From the NCBI GenBank assembly GCA_012295275.1, contig CM022677.1, forward strand, positions 22,816,001 to 22,880,000: DNA of 64,000 bases. Reading direction: 5' to 3'. Below the pieces are notes generated by a model. That model was not told the DNA's origin, did not search any database, and was given only the letters and a program-made list of their open reading frames with translations. Shown here piece by piece: positions 1 through 12,504 of this stretch. Source of the DNA: Chrysomallon squamiferum. Lineage: Eukaryota; Animalia; Mollusca. Numbering within the stretch: position 1 is the stretch's first letter; each line of letters starts with the position of its first letter. The translations under genes and the position numbers were made by a program.

Positions 1-689
1 ACTAATATTATAACTACTATTATTACAATTACTATTAGTGTTACTGCTACTACTGCTCATATTAAGAATACTAATTCTATGACTATGTCAAATACTATTG
101 TTATGGTTGTATGTAAAAGTCAGATTGTCTTGCAAATTCTAATCTTCTTTTTTCATTGTTTGAAATTGCCAGAGAAATTTGCTTAATCTATTTACATTTA
201 TTTACATTTGAATAACTGGACTATTGTAAATTATAATATTTAACACACGATTTTTTGAAATAATTTTCCCCATCTCTGTTCAGCACATTTACATTGTTAT
301 TGAAACACATACTAGTGATAAAATGACATACTAATCTGTTTTGTCAACACTGAAGTTCACTTAGTTATCTCAAATTTATTACCTAGAAATAAACAAGCCT
401 ATAATAAAATGTTCGTATCACGTCTACACGTAATTAAATTTTTCTTCACCACATCGGACGTTACATTAATTTGTTCATTCACTGAGTCACGAGCTCTTGT
501 ACTGTTTAGCGTTTACCGTTACGTCGAGAATAAACGATTTAGAAAAAAAAAATAATAATAATAATCTTAAATGATTTTGTTTGCGTAACAGGTTAGTCTT
601 TCTCTCCGGTGTCATGTTTAACAACGCCCTGTTCCAGAATGCACCAATAAAACAGGAGAAGATTTACAGCGCTCGAATTAAGTCGAGTA

Positions 690-945
690 AAAGCCGAGCA
701 GATGACCGTGAGTAATAATCGTGATTGGCTCGCAGACTCACAATGGCGGATATCGATCGCTCGATCGCTCGACATATGCAGACGAAGAACGCCATTGTTG
801 TCATGACGATTGAAATGAGTTACATTATGAGCGTTAATTTTCGATTCTTCGTTGCAGAGTCCATCTGGCTGTGGTAAGAGAAACACTTGGAATTGCGTGA
901 ACGAAATATGTGTGGAAGCCATTACTGCAGCGTTCAGACAGTGCG
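690..945 (+). promoter_or_regulatory. Putative promoter and non-coding first exon of the fucosyltransferase gene
   Basis: Locally CpG-rich island in an AT-rich background. It has a reverse CCAAT box (tgattggct, about 722-730), a YY1-like caatggcgg (about 741) and a DRE-like tatcgat (about 751), and ends at a consensus donor CG|GTGAGT (GT at 946). The matching acceptor is a polypyrimidine tract plus TTGCAG| at 7072. The splice pairing is inferred. Confidence 0.5.
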
Positions 946-964
946 GTGAGTTACTGTAATTGTA

Positions 965-995
<31 letters not shown>

Positions 996-1370
996 GTAGT
1001 ATTATTATTATTATTATTATCGACGTTGTTGTTGTTGTTGTTACTACGTACTCAAAAGTGATTTCAGTTTATGCAGTTTTGGCTGACACTACCTGTATTG
1101 CTTTTATTACTAATACGATTATGTCGCACTGACATCATTTTCTTTAATGTATTCACCTTTACTGGAAGAAACACAAAAGATAAAAATCGTAGCCTCGTGT
1201 ATCTGGACTTACTTTCATTAATCTAATTTATAATTCATAAAACCGTTCATCGATTTGCACAAGCAGCGTTTTGACTGAAGTCTGCAGACTGACATTTTAA
1301 CTTTGTGTTTAGCTTCACCTGAAAATGTTTTTAATTAGATTACACTGGGATCAACAGCGAGGTTAACAAA

Positions 1371-1470
1371 TGTGTAGCTGTAGATGTGAAGACGTTGTGT
1401 AGCTGTAGATGTGAAAATGTTGTGTAGTTGTAGATGTGAAAATGTTGTGTAGTTGTACATGTGAAAATGT
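1371..1470. repeat. 25-bp minisatellite (tgtgtagttgtagatgtgaaaatgt), about 4 copies
   Basis: Direct tandem units; a second array of the same unit lies at about 3168-3322. Confidence 0.85.
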
Positions 1471-1489
1471 TTGGCTGCTGTTTATTAAA

Positions 1490-1720
1490 CACGTGTATGC
1501 AGTCAAAAAACATGTGAATGTTATGAAAACACGTAAATTTATGAAAACATGTCAGTGTTATGAAAACACGTGAATCTTATGAAAACATTTAGATGTTATG
1601 AAAACACGTGAACATTATGAAATCACGTGAATGTTATGAAGACGTGAACATTATGAAAACACGTGAATGTTAAGAAAACACGCGAATGTTAAGAAAACAA
1701 GTGTGTAACATAAAAACACA
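1490..1720. repeat. About 19-20-bp degenerate minisatellite (ttatgaaaacacgtgaatg)
   Basis: Recurrent tatgaaaacacgtgaa core. Confidence 0.8.
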
Positions 1721-2029
1721 TCTATGCTGTCCGGAAATCACATGTATGCTATTATAACATGTATATTACCACGGAAACGCGTGCATGCTATTGCTGATAC
1801 AACGACTTTATTCTCATACACTGTACACAGAAAAAATATAATAAAGATTTATAGAACAAAATTAAAATGCGTGAAAATTTAACAAGGAAGATAAGCAGTT
1901 GTTATTAACAAACATAATTTTTTTTTTTTTTTTTTTTTTTTTTAAATAAATATTTTGGCTTTATTAAATACATTTTTATGTGAAAGTATTTTTGGAAGTC
2001 TGGTGAATGTAGTCAGTATATATACAAAG

Positions 2030-2666
2030 ACTGAAATGTAAGTGTACAAAGTGTTTAAAACTAAATGTAAGTGTACAATGTGTTTAAAACTAAATGTAAG
2101 TGTACAAAGTGTTTAAAACTAAATGTAAGTGTACAAAGTGTTTAAAACTAAATGTAAGTGTACAAAGTGTTTAAAACTAAATGTAAGTGTACAAAGTGTT
2201 TAAAACTAAATGTAAGTGTACAAAGTGTTTAAAACTAAATGTAAGTGTACAAAGTGTTTAAAACTAAATGTAAGTGTACAAAGTGTTTAAACCTAAATGT
2301 AAGTGTACAAAGTGTTTAAAACTGAATATAGACATAAGATATACAGCGACTGAAATGTAAGTGTACAAAGTGTTTAAAACTAAATGTAAGTGTACAAAGT
2401 GTTTAAAACTAAATGTAAGTGTACAAAGTGTTTAAAACTAAATGTAAGTGTACAATGTGTTTAAAACTAAATGTAAGTGTACAAAGTGTTTAAAACTAAA
2501 TGTAAGTGTACAAAGTGTTTAAAACTAAATGTAAGTGTACAAAGTGTTTAAAACTAAATGTAAGTGTACAAAGTGTTTAAAACTGAATACAGACATAAGA
2601 TATACAGCCACTGAAATGTAAGTGTACAAAGTGTTTAAAACTAAATGTCAGTGTACAAAGTGTTTA
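2030..2666. repeat. 29-bp minisatellite (aaatgtaagtgtacaaagtgtttaaaact), about 20 copies
   Basis: Near-perfect tandem units, interrupted twice by the same spacer (gaatatagacataagatatacagcgactg), which gives a higher-order structure. Confidence 0.95.
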
Positions 2667-3167
2667 ATATGTCAAGTATGTATGTGTGAATTGCTTTATG
2701 TTTTTATTACCCATTGACAAACTTAAACTTTATTTATTTTCCTCTCACTCGATCAAGTTCACTTTGTTTAAACGCGTGGATGTTTTCTTAGCAAGGAAAA
2801 ATCCGAGATGTTAAAATTAGAGGATGAACATTTTTATACAACATAATTAGAATAATTATTATCTCACTTATTTCGTAGTAATTTGTTGACAGTATATTTT
2901 TATTGGAATATTTAAAATATTAAATACAAAAGAAGAAAGAAACATATCTCCACGCCAGGAGCGGAAACCCAAAAAAATAAAATAAAAATAAAAAATAAAA
3001 TAAAAAGACAGCAGATGACGCAATACACTGCAAGCTGAAGACTTGATTTTTTAAAAACAGTAGCAGGAACAAAATAAAACGTCGAGAATTAAAGATAAAT
3101 TAAAAACCAAACAAACAAAAGACCTGGTTTGTTTGTGTATATTTGCTTCTGTTGTGTTTGCTTCTGT

Positions 3168-3322
3168 GAAAATGTTGTGTAGTTGTAGATGTGAAAATGT
3201 TGTGTAGTTGTAGATATGAAGATGTTGTGTAGTTGTAGATGTGAAGATGTTGTGTAGTTGTAGATGTGAAGATGTTGTGTAGCTGTAAATGTGAAAATGT
3301 TGTGCTGTAAATGTGAAAATGT
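3168..3322. repeat. 25-bp minisatellite, second array
   Basis: Same unit as 1371-1470, with a similar 3' flank (gctgctgtttatta). Confidence 0.85.
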
Positions 3323-3344
3323 TTTGTATGCTGCTGTTTATTAT

Positions 3345-3635
3345 AATATACTGAACAAACTATACATTGTACTAAACCAAAGTACAATATACTGAACAAA
3401 CTATACACTGTACTAAACCAAAGTACAATATACTGAACAAACTATACATTGTACTAAACCAAAGTACAATATACTGAACAAACTATACACTGTACTAAAC
3501 GTATACTATACCAACTATACACTGTACTAAACCAAAGTACAATATACTGAATAAACTACACACCGTACTAAACCAAAGTACAATATACTGAACAAACTAT
3601 ACACTGTACTAAACCAAAGTACAACATACTGAACA
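3345..3635. repeat. 41-bp minisatellite (tactgaacaaactatacactgtactaaaccaaagtacaata)
   Basis: About 7 tandem units. Confidence 0.9.
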
Positions 3636-4159
3636 TTAACGAAAGAGATATGAGAAATATTTGTTTAATGTTAAAAACATAATAATTATTATTACAGTAA
3701 ATTGTTTTTGTGAAAACTGTTTTTGTATTGGTGTGTCTTGCATACTTAAAGATTTCTGTAGCTACGTGGTCCCAAGAGAGGGAGAGGGCATCGGGGGACA
3801 GAAATGGGTGGGGGGATAGAAATGTCAATACTGATTGTACTTTAAAATCCTAAAGGTATAAAAATAAGAAATGAATGAACGAATAAATAAATAAATAAGA
3901 TATGAGACTATCAGAAAATGACATGTAAAGAAAAACGAACCTCTATAACAAATGAAAGGTAAAGTAATTTTAGAAGTAAAGCACATGAAAGGAAAATGTT
4001 CTCCTTTGTGTTCTGTGCTGCAAAGTTCAATAGGTGATACTGTGCTGCGCCCATAACTGAATATATAATGTTAAGTAATAATAATAATAAAAAAGAAATA
4101 AAAAAAAATTTAGTCACGAACTACATGTTAAAAATTTCCATACAAATAATATATATATA

Positions 4160-5260
4160 TACAACTATTAAAATGTTTATAATTGTACAGTATAACAACT
4201 ATACTGTTTAAATCTGTATAGTGTAACTATTTAATAGTTCAGAATTGTACACTATAACTAATCTAGTGTTTAATACTGTACAGTATAACTAATCTAGTGT
4301 TCAATATTGTATAGTATAAGTAATCTAGTGTTCAGAATTGTACAGTATAACTAATCTAGTGTTTAATACTGTATAGTATAACTAATCTAGTGTTTAATAT
4401 TGTATAGTATAAGTAATCTAGTGTTTAATACTGTACAGTATAACTAATCTAGTGTTTAATACTGTACAGTATAACTAATCTAGTGTTTAAAACTAATCTA
4501 GTGTTCAATATTGTATAGTATAACTAATCTAGTGTTCATTATAGTATAACTAATCTAGTGTTCACAGTATAAGTGTTCAATTTGTATAGTATAAGTAATC
4601 TAGTGTTTAAAACTGTACAGTATAAGTAATCTAGTGTTCAATATTGTATAGTATAACTAATCTAGTGTTCAATATTGTATAGTATAAGTAATCTAGTGTT
4701 TAAAACTGTACAGTATAACTAATCTAGTGTTTAAAACTAATCTAGTGTTTAAAACAGTACAAAAATTATTCTAAAGTTCACAGTATAACAATTTAAGTGT
4801 TTAAACTGTACAGTATAACTATTCTTGTGTTTGAAACCGTACAGGAAAATTATTCTAGTGTTTAAAACTGTACAATATAACTATTCTAGTGTTTAAAACT
4901 TTACAGGTGTAACTAATGTAGTGTTTCAAACTGTACAATATATATATATATTCTAGTGTTTAAAACTGTGCAGTACAACTATTTAAGTGTTTAAAATTGT
5001 ACAGTATAACTGTTTAAATCTGAGCAGTATAACTATTGTAGTTTTTAAAACTGTACTGTATAACTATTTAAGTGTTTGAAACTGTACACTATAACTAGTT
5101 AGTGTTTATTACTGTACAGTATAAGTATTCTAGTGTTTAAAACTGTACAGTATAACTATTCTAAAACTGTACACATATAACTATTTAAAATTTTAATATT
5201 GTACAGTATAATTATTTTGGTGTTAATATTCTACCATATAACTATTTATGTGTCTAAAAC
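4160..5260. repeat. About 31-bp minisatellite (ctagtgtttaatactgtacagtataactaat), degenerate at the edges
   Basis: Tandem units with a homogeneous core at 4260-4750. Confidence 0.9.
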
Positions 5261-5265
5261 TGTGT

Positions 5266-5620
5266 TTGTATTAAGCTATTTCATCATGTTGTGGTTGTAT
5301 TAAGCTGTTTCGTCATGTTGTGGTTGTATTAAGCTGTTTCATCATGTTGTGGTTGTATTAAGCTGTTTCATCATGTTGTGGTTGTATTAAGCTGTTTCAT
5401 CATGTTGTGGTTGTATTAAGCTGTTTCATCATCTTGTTGTTGTATTAAGCTATTTCGTCATGTTGTGGTTGTATTAAGCTGTTTCGTCATGTTGTGGTTG
5501 TATTAAGCTGTTTCATCATGTTGTGGTTGTATTAAGCTGTTTCATCATGTTGTGGTTGTATTAAGCTGTTTCATCATGTTGTGGTTGTATTAAGCTGTTT
5601 GATCTTGTTGTGGTTGTATT
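5266..5620. repeat. 29-bp minisatellite (gtattaagctgtttcatcatgttgtggtt)
   Basis: About 12 near-identical units. Confidence 0.95.
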
Positions 5621-5914
5621 TTGTTTGAAAGTTCCTGTGTCACGTTATCAATATTTAAACAGAAATTTCTTTGGTAAATCACTTTCCTTTGAAGCGACGT
5701 TGAAATAGTCGATTTTAATCTGTTTTTGTTATTTCATTGTGTTCTCCATCTTTTCATTATTACCATTTATTTTTTCACTTCGTCTTCATTAATATTAATG
5801 TAGGTATTGTTATTGTCCTTGTTGCCATTGTTGTTGCTGTTGTTGCTGTTATTATTATTATTGTTGTTGTTATTGCTGTTATTGTTGCTATTATCATCAT
5901 CATGCTTTTCATCT

Positions 5915-6740
5915 ATACACTGGCGCAGTTAAGGAATATTACATTACTACGTTACACACACACTGGCGCAGTTAAGGAATATTACATTTACTACGTTACA
6001 CACACACTGGCACAGTTAAGGAATATCACATTTACTACGTTACACACACACTGGCGCAGTTAATGAATATTACATTACTACGTTACACACACTGGCGCAG
6101 TCAATGAATATTACATTACTACGTTACACATACACTGGCGCAGTTAAGGAATATTACATTACTACGTTACACACACACTGGCGCAGTTAAGGAATATTAC
6201 ATTTACTACGTTACACACACACTGGCACAGTTAAGGAATATTACATTTACTACGTTACACACACACTGGCACAGTTAAGGAATATTACATTACTACGTTA
6301 CACACACTGGCACAGTTAAGGAATATTACATTACTACGTTACACACACACTGGCACAGTTAAGGAATATTACTTTTACTACGTTACACACACACACACTG
6401 GCGCAGTTAAGGAATATGACATTACTACGTTACACACACACTGGCACAGTTAAGGAATATTACATTACTACGTTACACACACTGGCACAGTTAAGGAATA
6501 TTACATTACTACGTTACACACACACTGGCACACTTAAGGAATATTACTTTTACTACGTTACACACACACTGGCGCAGTTAAGGAATATTACATTACTACG
6601 TTACACACACTGGCACAGTTAAGGAATATTACATTACTACCTTACACACACACTGGCACAGTTAAGGAATATTACATTACTACCTTACACACACACTGGC
6701 ACAGTTAAGGAATATTACTTTTACTACGTTACACACACAT
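5915..6740. repeat. 41-44-bp minisatellite (ctggcacagttaaggaatattacattactacgttacacacaca)
   Basis: About 19 units that vary in an internal CA run; explains ORFs 5737..6063 and 6416..6622. Confidence 0.95.
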
Positions 6741-7140
6741 TGCCGGAGTGCAGAAAGGTTGTTTGTTTAATTTTTCATTAATTATTTTAGCGTTCATTAG
6801 AAAAGTTGTATAGAATAATTGCTGTTGTTCTATTTTAAAACTACTGCGCATTTTGTAATTATATATTAATTAGCGTATTTCAGTACTGAATTTAATTTTT
6901 ATTATCTGTCTTATCCCAGCGCAGACATCATAAACACACACAGACACACATAGTCTCACAGATACATAGATCTACATATATATGTATAGATATACAGACA
7001 AACATAAACACAGAGCCTTCTCAAAACATGCCAAGCAAACTTTACAAATTTTGTTTCTTTTTTCACTTGCAGGTTGGTGATCAGCGGGTTCTGAGATGCG
7101 AGACGAAAATAATGTCACAAAATGAAAATAATGTCACAAA

Positions 7141-8271
7141 ATGAGACGCAAACATTTTTTTCTGACGTTGTGTCTCTTAGCGATGTCTGTCCTGTGTTTT
7201 CAATTTTCTGTCCTCACCTCCCACTACTACAACGTCTTGCGTCATTTCATACAGCCTGTTCATCGACGTTACGACGACAGTAACGTCACCCTTCAATTTA
7301 TTAAGTTAGAAAACACAACGAAGAAAGCAAGAAATGAAACCCGACAGAAACCTATAACCCAAGAAAAACCTTCAACTGATGTCAAACTTAACGATACCTC
7401 AAACAAAGACGACTCAAACGAAAACCAGACTACTGTTATTTCAAGATGGCGGCGGAGACTTTCCACTGATGTTCTAGTTACTGTGCCTAACATGGGTCGT
7501 TTGGGGAACTGGATGTTTCAGTACGCCTCTCTCCTAGGTATAGCTCTACGCAACAAAATGAGACCTTTTGTTGTTCCTAGCAATAAACTGTTGAAGTACT
7601 TTGACCTCTCCTTCGTGGAAAACCACAACGTGAAAAGCCGAGGGTGGCACGGGTTTCAGGAGAAATGTTACGCTTGCTATGACAACCGCACGGAGAAATT
7701 GCCGCGACGAAATGTCAGCATGACGAAGTACTACCAGAGCTGGAAGTATTTCAGTGACGTGCAACAATTAGTTCGTAAGGAATTCCAGTTCAAAACTCAC
7801 ATTCAGAAAAGTGCTAATGAAAAGTTTAAAAAGTTTATAAAAAATGCGACAAAGCCGATTATTGGCGTACACATCAGAAGAACAGATATGCTGAGAACAA
7901 CAGAAAATAAAATGGGTTACACTGTAGCTCCGCCTTCTTACTTGGACAACGCCATGAAATATATGACGTCACGTTTTGGTAATGTCACATTTTTGGTCGC
8001 AAGTGATGACGTCGGCTGGTGTCGCCAGAAATTTTCGAAGCAACGTAATATCATCGTGATCGACAAGGGGGATGCAGCTGTTGACATGGCAACGCTGACT
8101 ATGTGTGATCACATGATCATGACAGTGGGGACGTACAGCTGGTGGGCTGCCTGGTTAACAAATGGACACACTGTTTACTACAAAGATTACCCAGCGCCGG
8201 GCAAATCCATTTCCACAGGATTTACAAAACAAGACCATTACTTGCCTAACTGGGTTCCGCTAGGGGCTTAG
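7141..8271 (+). CDS. Alpha-1,2-fucosyltransferase (glycosyltransferase family 11, FUT1/FUT2-like), type II Golgi membrane protein
   Basis: Intact 376-aa ORF with a basic N-tail and hydrophobic signal anchor (MRRKHFFLTLCLLAMSVLCFQF) and a stem containing N-glycosylation sequons. GT11 motifs: GRLGNxMFQYAxLxGIA, YYQSWKYF, GVHIRRTD, SDDxxWC, DxxxLxxCDHMIMTVGTYSWWAAWL. The single coding exon follows a strong acceptor at 7072, as in FUT1/FUT2 genes. No one-to-one orthology is claimed. Confidence 0.95.
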   Translation: MRRKHFFLTLCLLAMSVLCFQFSVLTSHYYNVLRHFIQPVHRRYDDSNVTLQFIKLENTTKKARNETRQKPITQEKPSTDVKLNDTSNKDDSNENQTTVISRWRRRLSTDVLVTVPNMGRLGNWMFQYASLLGIALRNKMRPFVVPSNKLLKYFDLSFVENHNVKSRGWHGFQEKCYACYDNRTEKLPRRNVSMTKYYQSWKYFSDVQQLVRKEFQFKTHIQKSANEKFKKFIKNATKPIIGVHIRRTDMLRTTENKMGYTVAPPSYLDNAMKYMTSRFGNVTFLVASDDVGWCRQKFSKQRNIIVIDKGDAAVDMATLTMCDHMIMTVGTYSWWAAWLTNGHTVYYKDYPAPGKSISTGFTKQDHYLPNWVPLGA

Positions 8272-8304
8272 TCTCGTTCTTTCACTAATTCACCATCTAA
8301 TCAT

Positions 8305-8345
8305 TTCTTCTTCTTCGTCTTCTTCTTCTTCTTCTTCTTCTTCTT

Positions 8346-8409
<64 letters not shown>
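8305..8409. repeat. Compound (TTC)n(TTA)n microsatellite in the 3' UTR
   Basis: Seen directly. Confidence 0.95.
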
Positions 8410-8410
<1 letters not shown>

Positions 8411-8544
8411 ACTTACTTTTACTGATTAGAATTTGTTTTACGTTTTCTTTATTGCTTTTCTTTTTTCCCCAGAAGACAACACATTTTCTTGTTGCAGAAT
8501 CATTGAAACTGAACTGTGCTCAAATTTCAGTTTGACGTCAGAGT

Positions 8545-9096
8545 ATAAAACTGACGTCACATATCATATTCTGAAACTGACACAGGCCTAATACATATGG
8601 CTCTCTGAAACTGATGTAAGATAGAGACAGTATATAAAAATCTGAAACATAGAGATAGCAGATACTAATCTGAAATTGATGTAAGCTAGAGATAGCATCT
8701 GAAACTGATGTAACAGAGATTGTTTTAACAATCTGAAACTGACGTAACGTAAACACGGTATACACCAATCTGAAACTGATGTAACATAGAGACAGCATAC
8801 ACCAATCTGAAACTGATGTAACAGAGAGACAGTATATGCCAATCTGAAACTGATGTAACACAGAGACAGTATACACTAATCTGAAAGTGATCTAACACAG
8901 AGACAGTATACACCAATCTGAAACTGATGTAACACAGAGACAGTATACACCAATCTGAAACTGATGTAACACAGAGACAGTATACACCAATCTGAAACTG
9001 ATGTAACATAGAGACAGTATACACCAATCTGAAACTGATGTAACATAGAGACAGTATACACCAATCTGAAACTGATGTAACATAGAGACAGTATAT
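8545..9096. repeat. 37-bp minisatellite (ccaatctgaaactgatgtaacacagagacagtataca)
   Basis: Tandem units that become more homogeneous to the right; explains the overlapping minus-strand ORFs at 8538-9150. Confidence 0.95.
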
Positions 9097-9485
9097 ATTA
9101 GTCAGAAATAAAAGAAGAGCAGATTTAAAATAATAATCTGATGTTGACAATACTCTGAAAATGACGTAATGTGGTACTCGTAGGCTGACGTCCTACGGAT
9201 ATATTTCATATTAACGTCATGTAACGTCATGTGGAGATAATATTTCAATCTGAAAGTGACGTAATATATCATTATTTGAAGGTGACGTCACCCTGACGTA
9301 GTATTTCACATTCGTAATGTCATAATGAATAAATCTGGAATAGTATTTGTTTTGTTGTTTGCTGTTTATTCCTGTCTTCAGTGTTTGCAACACTCACTCA
9401 GCCATTTCAACGAAATTTGTTTTCTCTTTAAAGTATTATGTACATGAATTCACAGAGAAGGGATTCTGCTTGCATTTGTATATTT

Positions 9486-9529
<44 letters not shown>

Positions 9530-10739
9530 TATACATTTTAATATATTAAAAACATAAACCTGAAAACAAAACTGTGATTTAAAACTGCTAAACGTGATCA
9601 GAAGTCAGTTTGTAAACACAGCTGTACAGATATGTTGTATAACCTGGTGTAAATTTGTAAATTTAAATGTCTCTTTAACATCTGGTGACGCCGATTATAA
9701 ATATGTTCAATAAAACATATAAATATATAAATATTTCAATGTCTTTGTTTTTCCTTACTTTTTCTACACATCCTGCACGCTTTGACGTGAGTGTATTTAA
9801 CATCGCTCTGTATTTACTATGTAAGCACGTATGTATGTTTGCATGCGTACTTGTACATATACGTAATGTGTGTCTGTGCGTGCGCGCTAGCGTTATTATT
9901 AGGGTTAGTGTGCGTGTAAGTGTAAGTTTAGGGAAAGAAATATGCTTTTTAGTTCCACGGTTAGAAGTAAATTTAAATATCATTTCATCTCAAATGACTC
10001 TTCATATAAAGCTTTGGATAAAATTTGAAATAACTATTGTTTCAGTAAATTGTTAATTAATCAGACTGTTACAAGGAAGGCGGATGTGAACTCCAGATTT
10101 ATTGATGGATTTTAAATATCTGTTAACCTCAAGAAACTTTTGAGATGAAACTGATGAAAATTTACAAAAATCAGAATCCTTAGTTTAGGATATTGTTAGA
10201 AGTAGGGTTAGGACTAGGGCTTGGAGTAGAACTAGGTTGGGGGCGATGGTTTGGGTTAGGGCTAAGGATGGGGTTGTGAAAACTTAATGAGGTTTTGGAT
10301 ATAATTTAAAATAACTTTTATTTCAATAAATTAATGTTTGAAAACAAAATCTGTTTATCTCAGAAGGTTTTTCACATAAAAGTGGAGAAATTGAATTAGG
10401 ATAACATTTATAATAACTGTATGAATTCAATAAATCATTATAAAATTTTGAAATAAATAATTATAAAATTATTTAGAAATCTTAAATACATTAGGATATA
10501 AGAAAAGCTCATTAAAAATAAAAATGCAAATATAATGTAATAACAATAATAATATAAAAATTAAATAAATAAATATTGTTTGTGCATAGTTTGTTTTGTT
10601 GAAAAATACGGGACCATTACGTTTTTTCGATATTTGGAAAAAGCTTCTACTAGGTGTGTAATTTCTTATCACTGCCAGAGTTTGACTGTACATGTACGTG
10701 ATTATCACAGTCTAATGGTATCACTAATGCTTCTGTGTT

Positions 10740-11254
10740 AAAACCATGCATTAACATAACACTTACAGATCAGGATTTACAAATTTTACTCTGACATTGA
10801 TAACTTCTCCTAAGCTTCGAATTATAAATTATTTAAAAATACTGTCACATTCAAGACATATTTCAACCTTAGAGAGAGCTCATATCGGTGCCCATTGCTA
10901 CTGTTTAGACATTCAAATCATAATCTATCTGTTGAAACTGGAAGATGGGAAAACATACCATTAGAAAATAGAATATTGTGTAATAACTATGACATCGGAG
11001 ATGAGTTTCATTTTATATTTACATGTATGTTTTCTAAGAATAAAAGGAACCGTTACCTACCATTGTGTTTTCAATCTAAATCAAGCATTTATAATTTTTA
11101 TAAATTATTTAACTCTAGAAAAGCCGGTGTCCTTAGAAAACTTTCTATATTCTGTAATGTAATGATGAATGTTTTCAACTCCTCCGGCTGATATATAATA
11201 TACATGCTGTAAACACGGTCTGAGTGTAAATAAAGTTCAGTTCATTTCAGTTCA
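10740..11254 (+). mobile_element. 5'-truncated non-LTR retrotransposon (LINE) ORF2 C-terminus and 3' tail
   Basis: Translation reads NYKLFKNT...LFRHSNHNLSVETGRWENIPLENRILCN..DIGDEFHFIFTC, the FRxSNHxLxIETGRW...CxxC...DExH...C zinc-knuckle end typical of invertebrate LINEs. It terminates in AATAAA plus a (GTTCA)-like tandem tail at about 11229-11254. Confidence 0.85.
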
Positions 11255-11904
11255 CTTAGAGCCAGGGATATTTTTTTAATTTTTATTTTTGTTTGTTGTT
11301 TGTTTGTTTTATTGTTGTTTTGTTTTTGTTGATTTTTTGTGGGTTTTTTTCTTGTATTATTTTTGTTTGTTTCGTTTGTTTTTTTATTGTTTTTTTGTTT
11401 CCTTTCTTGATTTAAGAATTGCTGAACATTTATTTGTAATTTTCAATAAAAAGAAAACTGGTAATATGTAATGTAATGTTGATCAGGGTTTTCTTCAGTT
11501 TGTCAGGTTATAGAATCCAGCAACCTTTTTCCATCCCATTGATTGGACTACTCCAAGTACTGAGCCTCTGTTTGGCAGTGTCAGTATTTCTATAACTGAA
11601 AATTCTAATAAGACAGGAATCTTTTAATTGTTGTAAATTCGTTTGCTGATTTTATTCTAAAAGGAAAGGTGCATACAATCGTTTGTTCCCAGCTGAAAAT
11701 GTAAATGAAGAAAAGACAGCACAGAACAGGTTTGTTCTTCCTTATCTCTGTTCTGTACCATCGCGCTCCGCCCCTCACTTCCCCCACCCCGAGTCTTTCT
11801 TTACCTATCCTCCCTTTTCCACACTAGTCCTGTCTAGTAAGTTGTGTCCAGTTTCATCAACTTAATTCAGTCAGCGTCCTGTCCTGTACTGCACGATACG
11901 TTTA

Positions 11905-12228
11905 GGTACAGTCCTGTATAGTCCTGTACAGTCCTCTGTAGTCCTGTATAGCCCCGTGTAGTCTTGTACATTTCCTGTGTAGTCCTGTATAGTCCTGTAT
12001 AGTCCAGTGTAGTCTTGTACAGTCCTGTATAGTCCTGTATAGTCCTGTACAGTCCTCTGTAGTCCTGTATAGTCCCGTGTAGTCTTGTACAGTCCTGTAT
12101 AGTCCTGTATAGTCCTGTACAGTCCTATACAGTCCTCTATAGTCCTCTATAGTCCTCTATAGTCCTCTATAGCCCCGTGTAGTCTTGTATAGTGCTGTAT
12201 AGTCATGTATAGTCCTGTATAGTCCCGT
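11905..12228. repeat. 10-bp subtelomeric satellite (agtcctgtat variants)
   Basis: About 30 tandem decamers. Confidence 0.9.
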
Positions 12229-12229
12229 G

Positions 12230-12484
12230 AAGCTGTCCTGTCCGCTTCTGTTGTTTCAGTTGTGTACAGTGCTGAACAGACCTGTCCTGTCCGCTTCTTT
12301 TATTTCATTCCTGTTCTGTCCGCTTCTGTTATTCCATTCCTGTCCTGTCCGCTTCTGTTATTTCAGTTGTGTATAGCGCTAAACAGAACTGTCCTGTCCG
12401 CTTCCTTTATTTCAGCTGTGTAGAGTACTGAACAGAGGTGTTCTGTTCACTTCTGTTATTTCAGTTGGGTACAGTGCTGAACAG
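12230..12484. repeat. Telomere-adjacent satellite (ctgtcctgtccgcttctgttatttcagttgtgtacagtgctgaacag)
   Basis: Several about 50-bp and partial units; the last runs directly into the TTAGGG array. Confidence 0.8.
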
Positions 12485-12504
12485 GGTTAGGGTTAGGGTT
12501 AGGG

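Noticed and set aside
593-922. 109-aa minus-strand ORF
   Set aside because: It has no recognisable motif and overlaps the GC-richer putative promoter/exon 1, where chance ORFs are expected.
2030-9096. CRISPR-like arrays (29-44-bp repeats)
   Set aside because: The units are head to tail with no unique spacers, there are no cas genes, and the context is eukaryotic.
10190-10276. Degenerate TTAGGG-like run (also about 9900 and 26230-26272) as a relic telomere
   Set aside because: It is short and highly degenerate; such runs are common inside invertebrate repeats.
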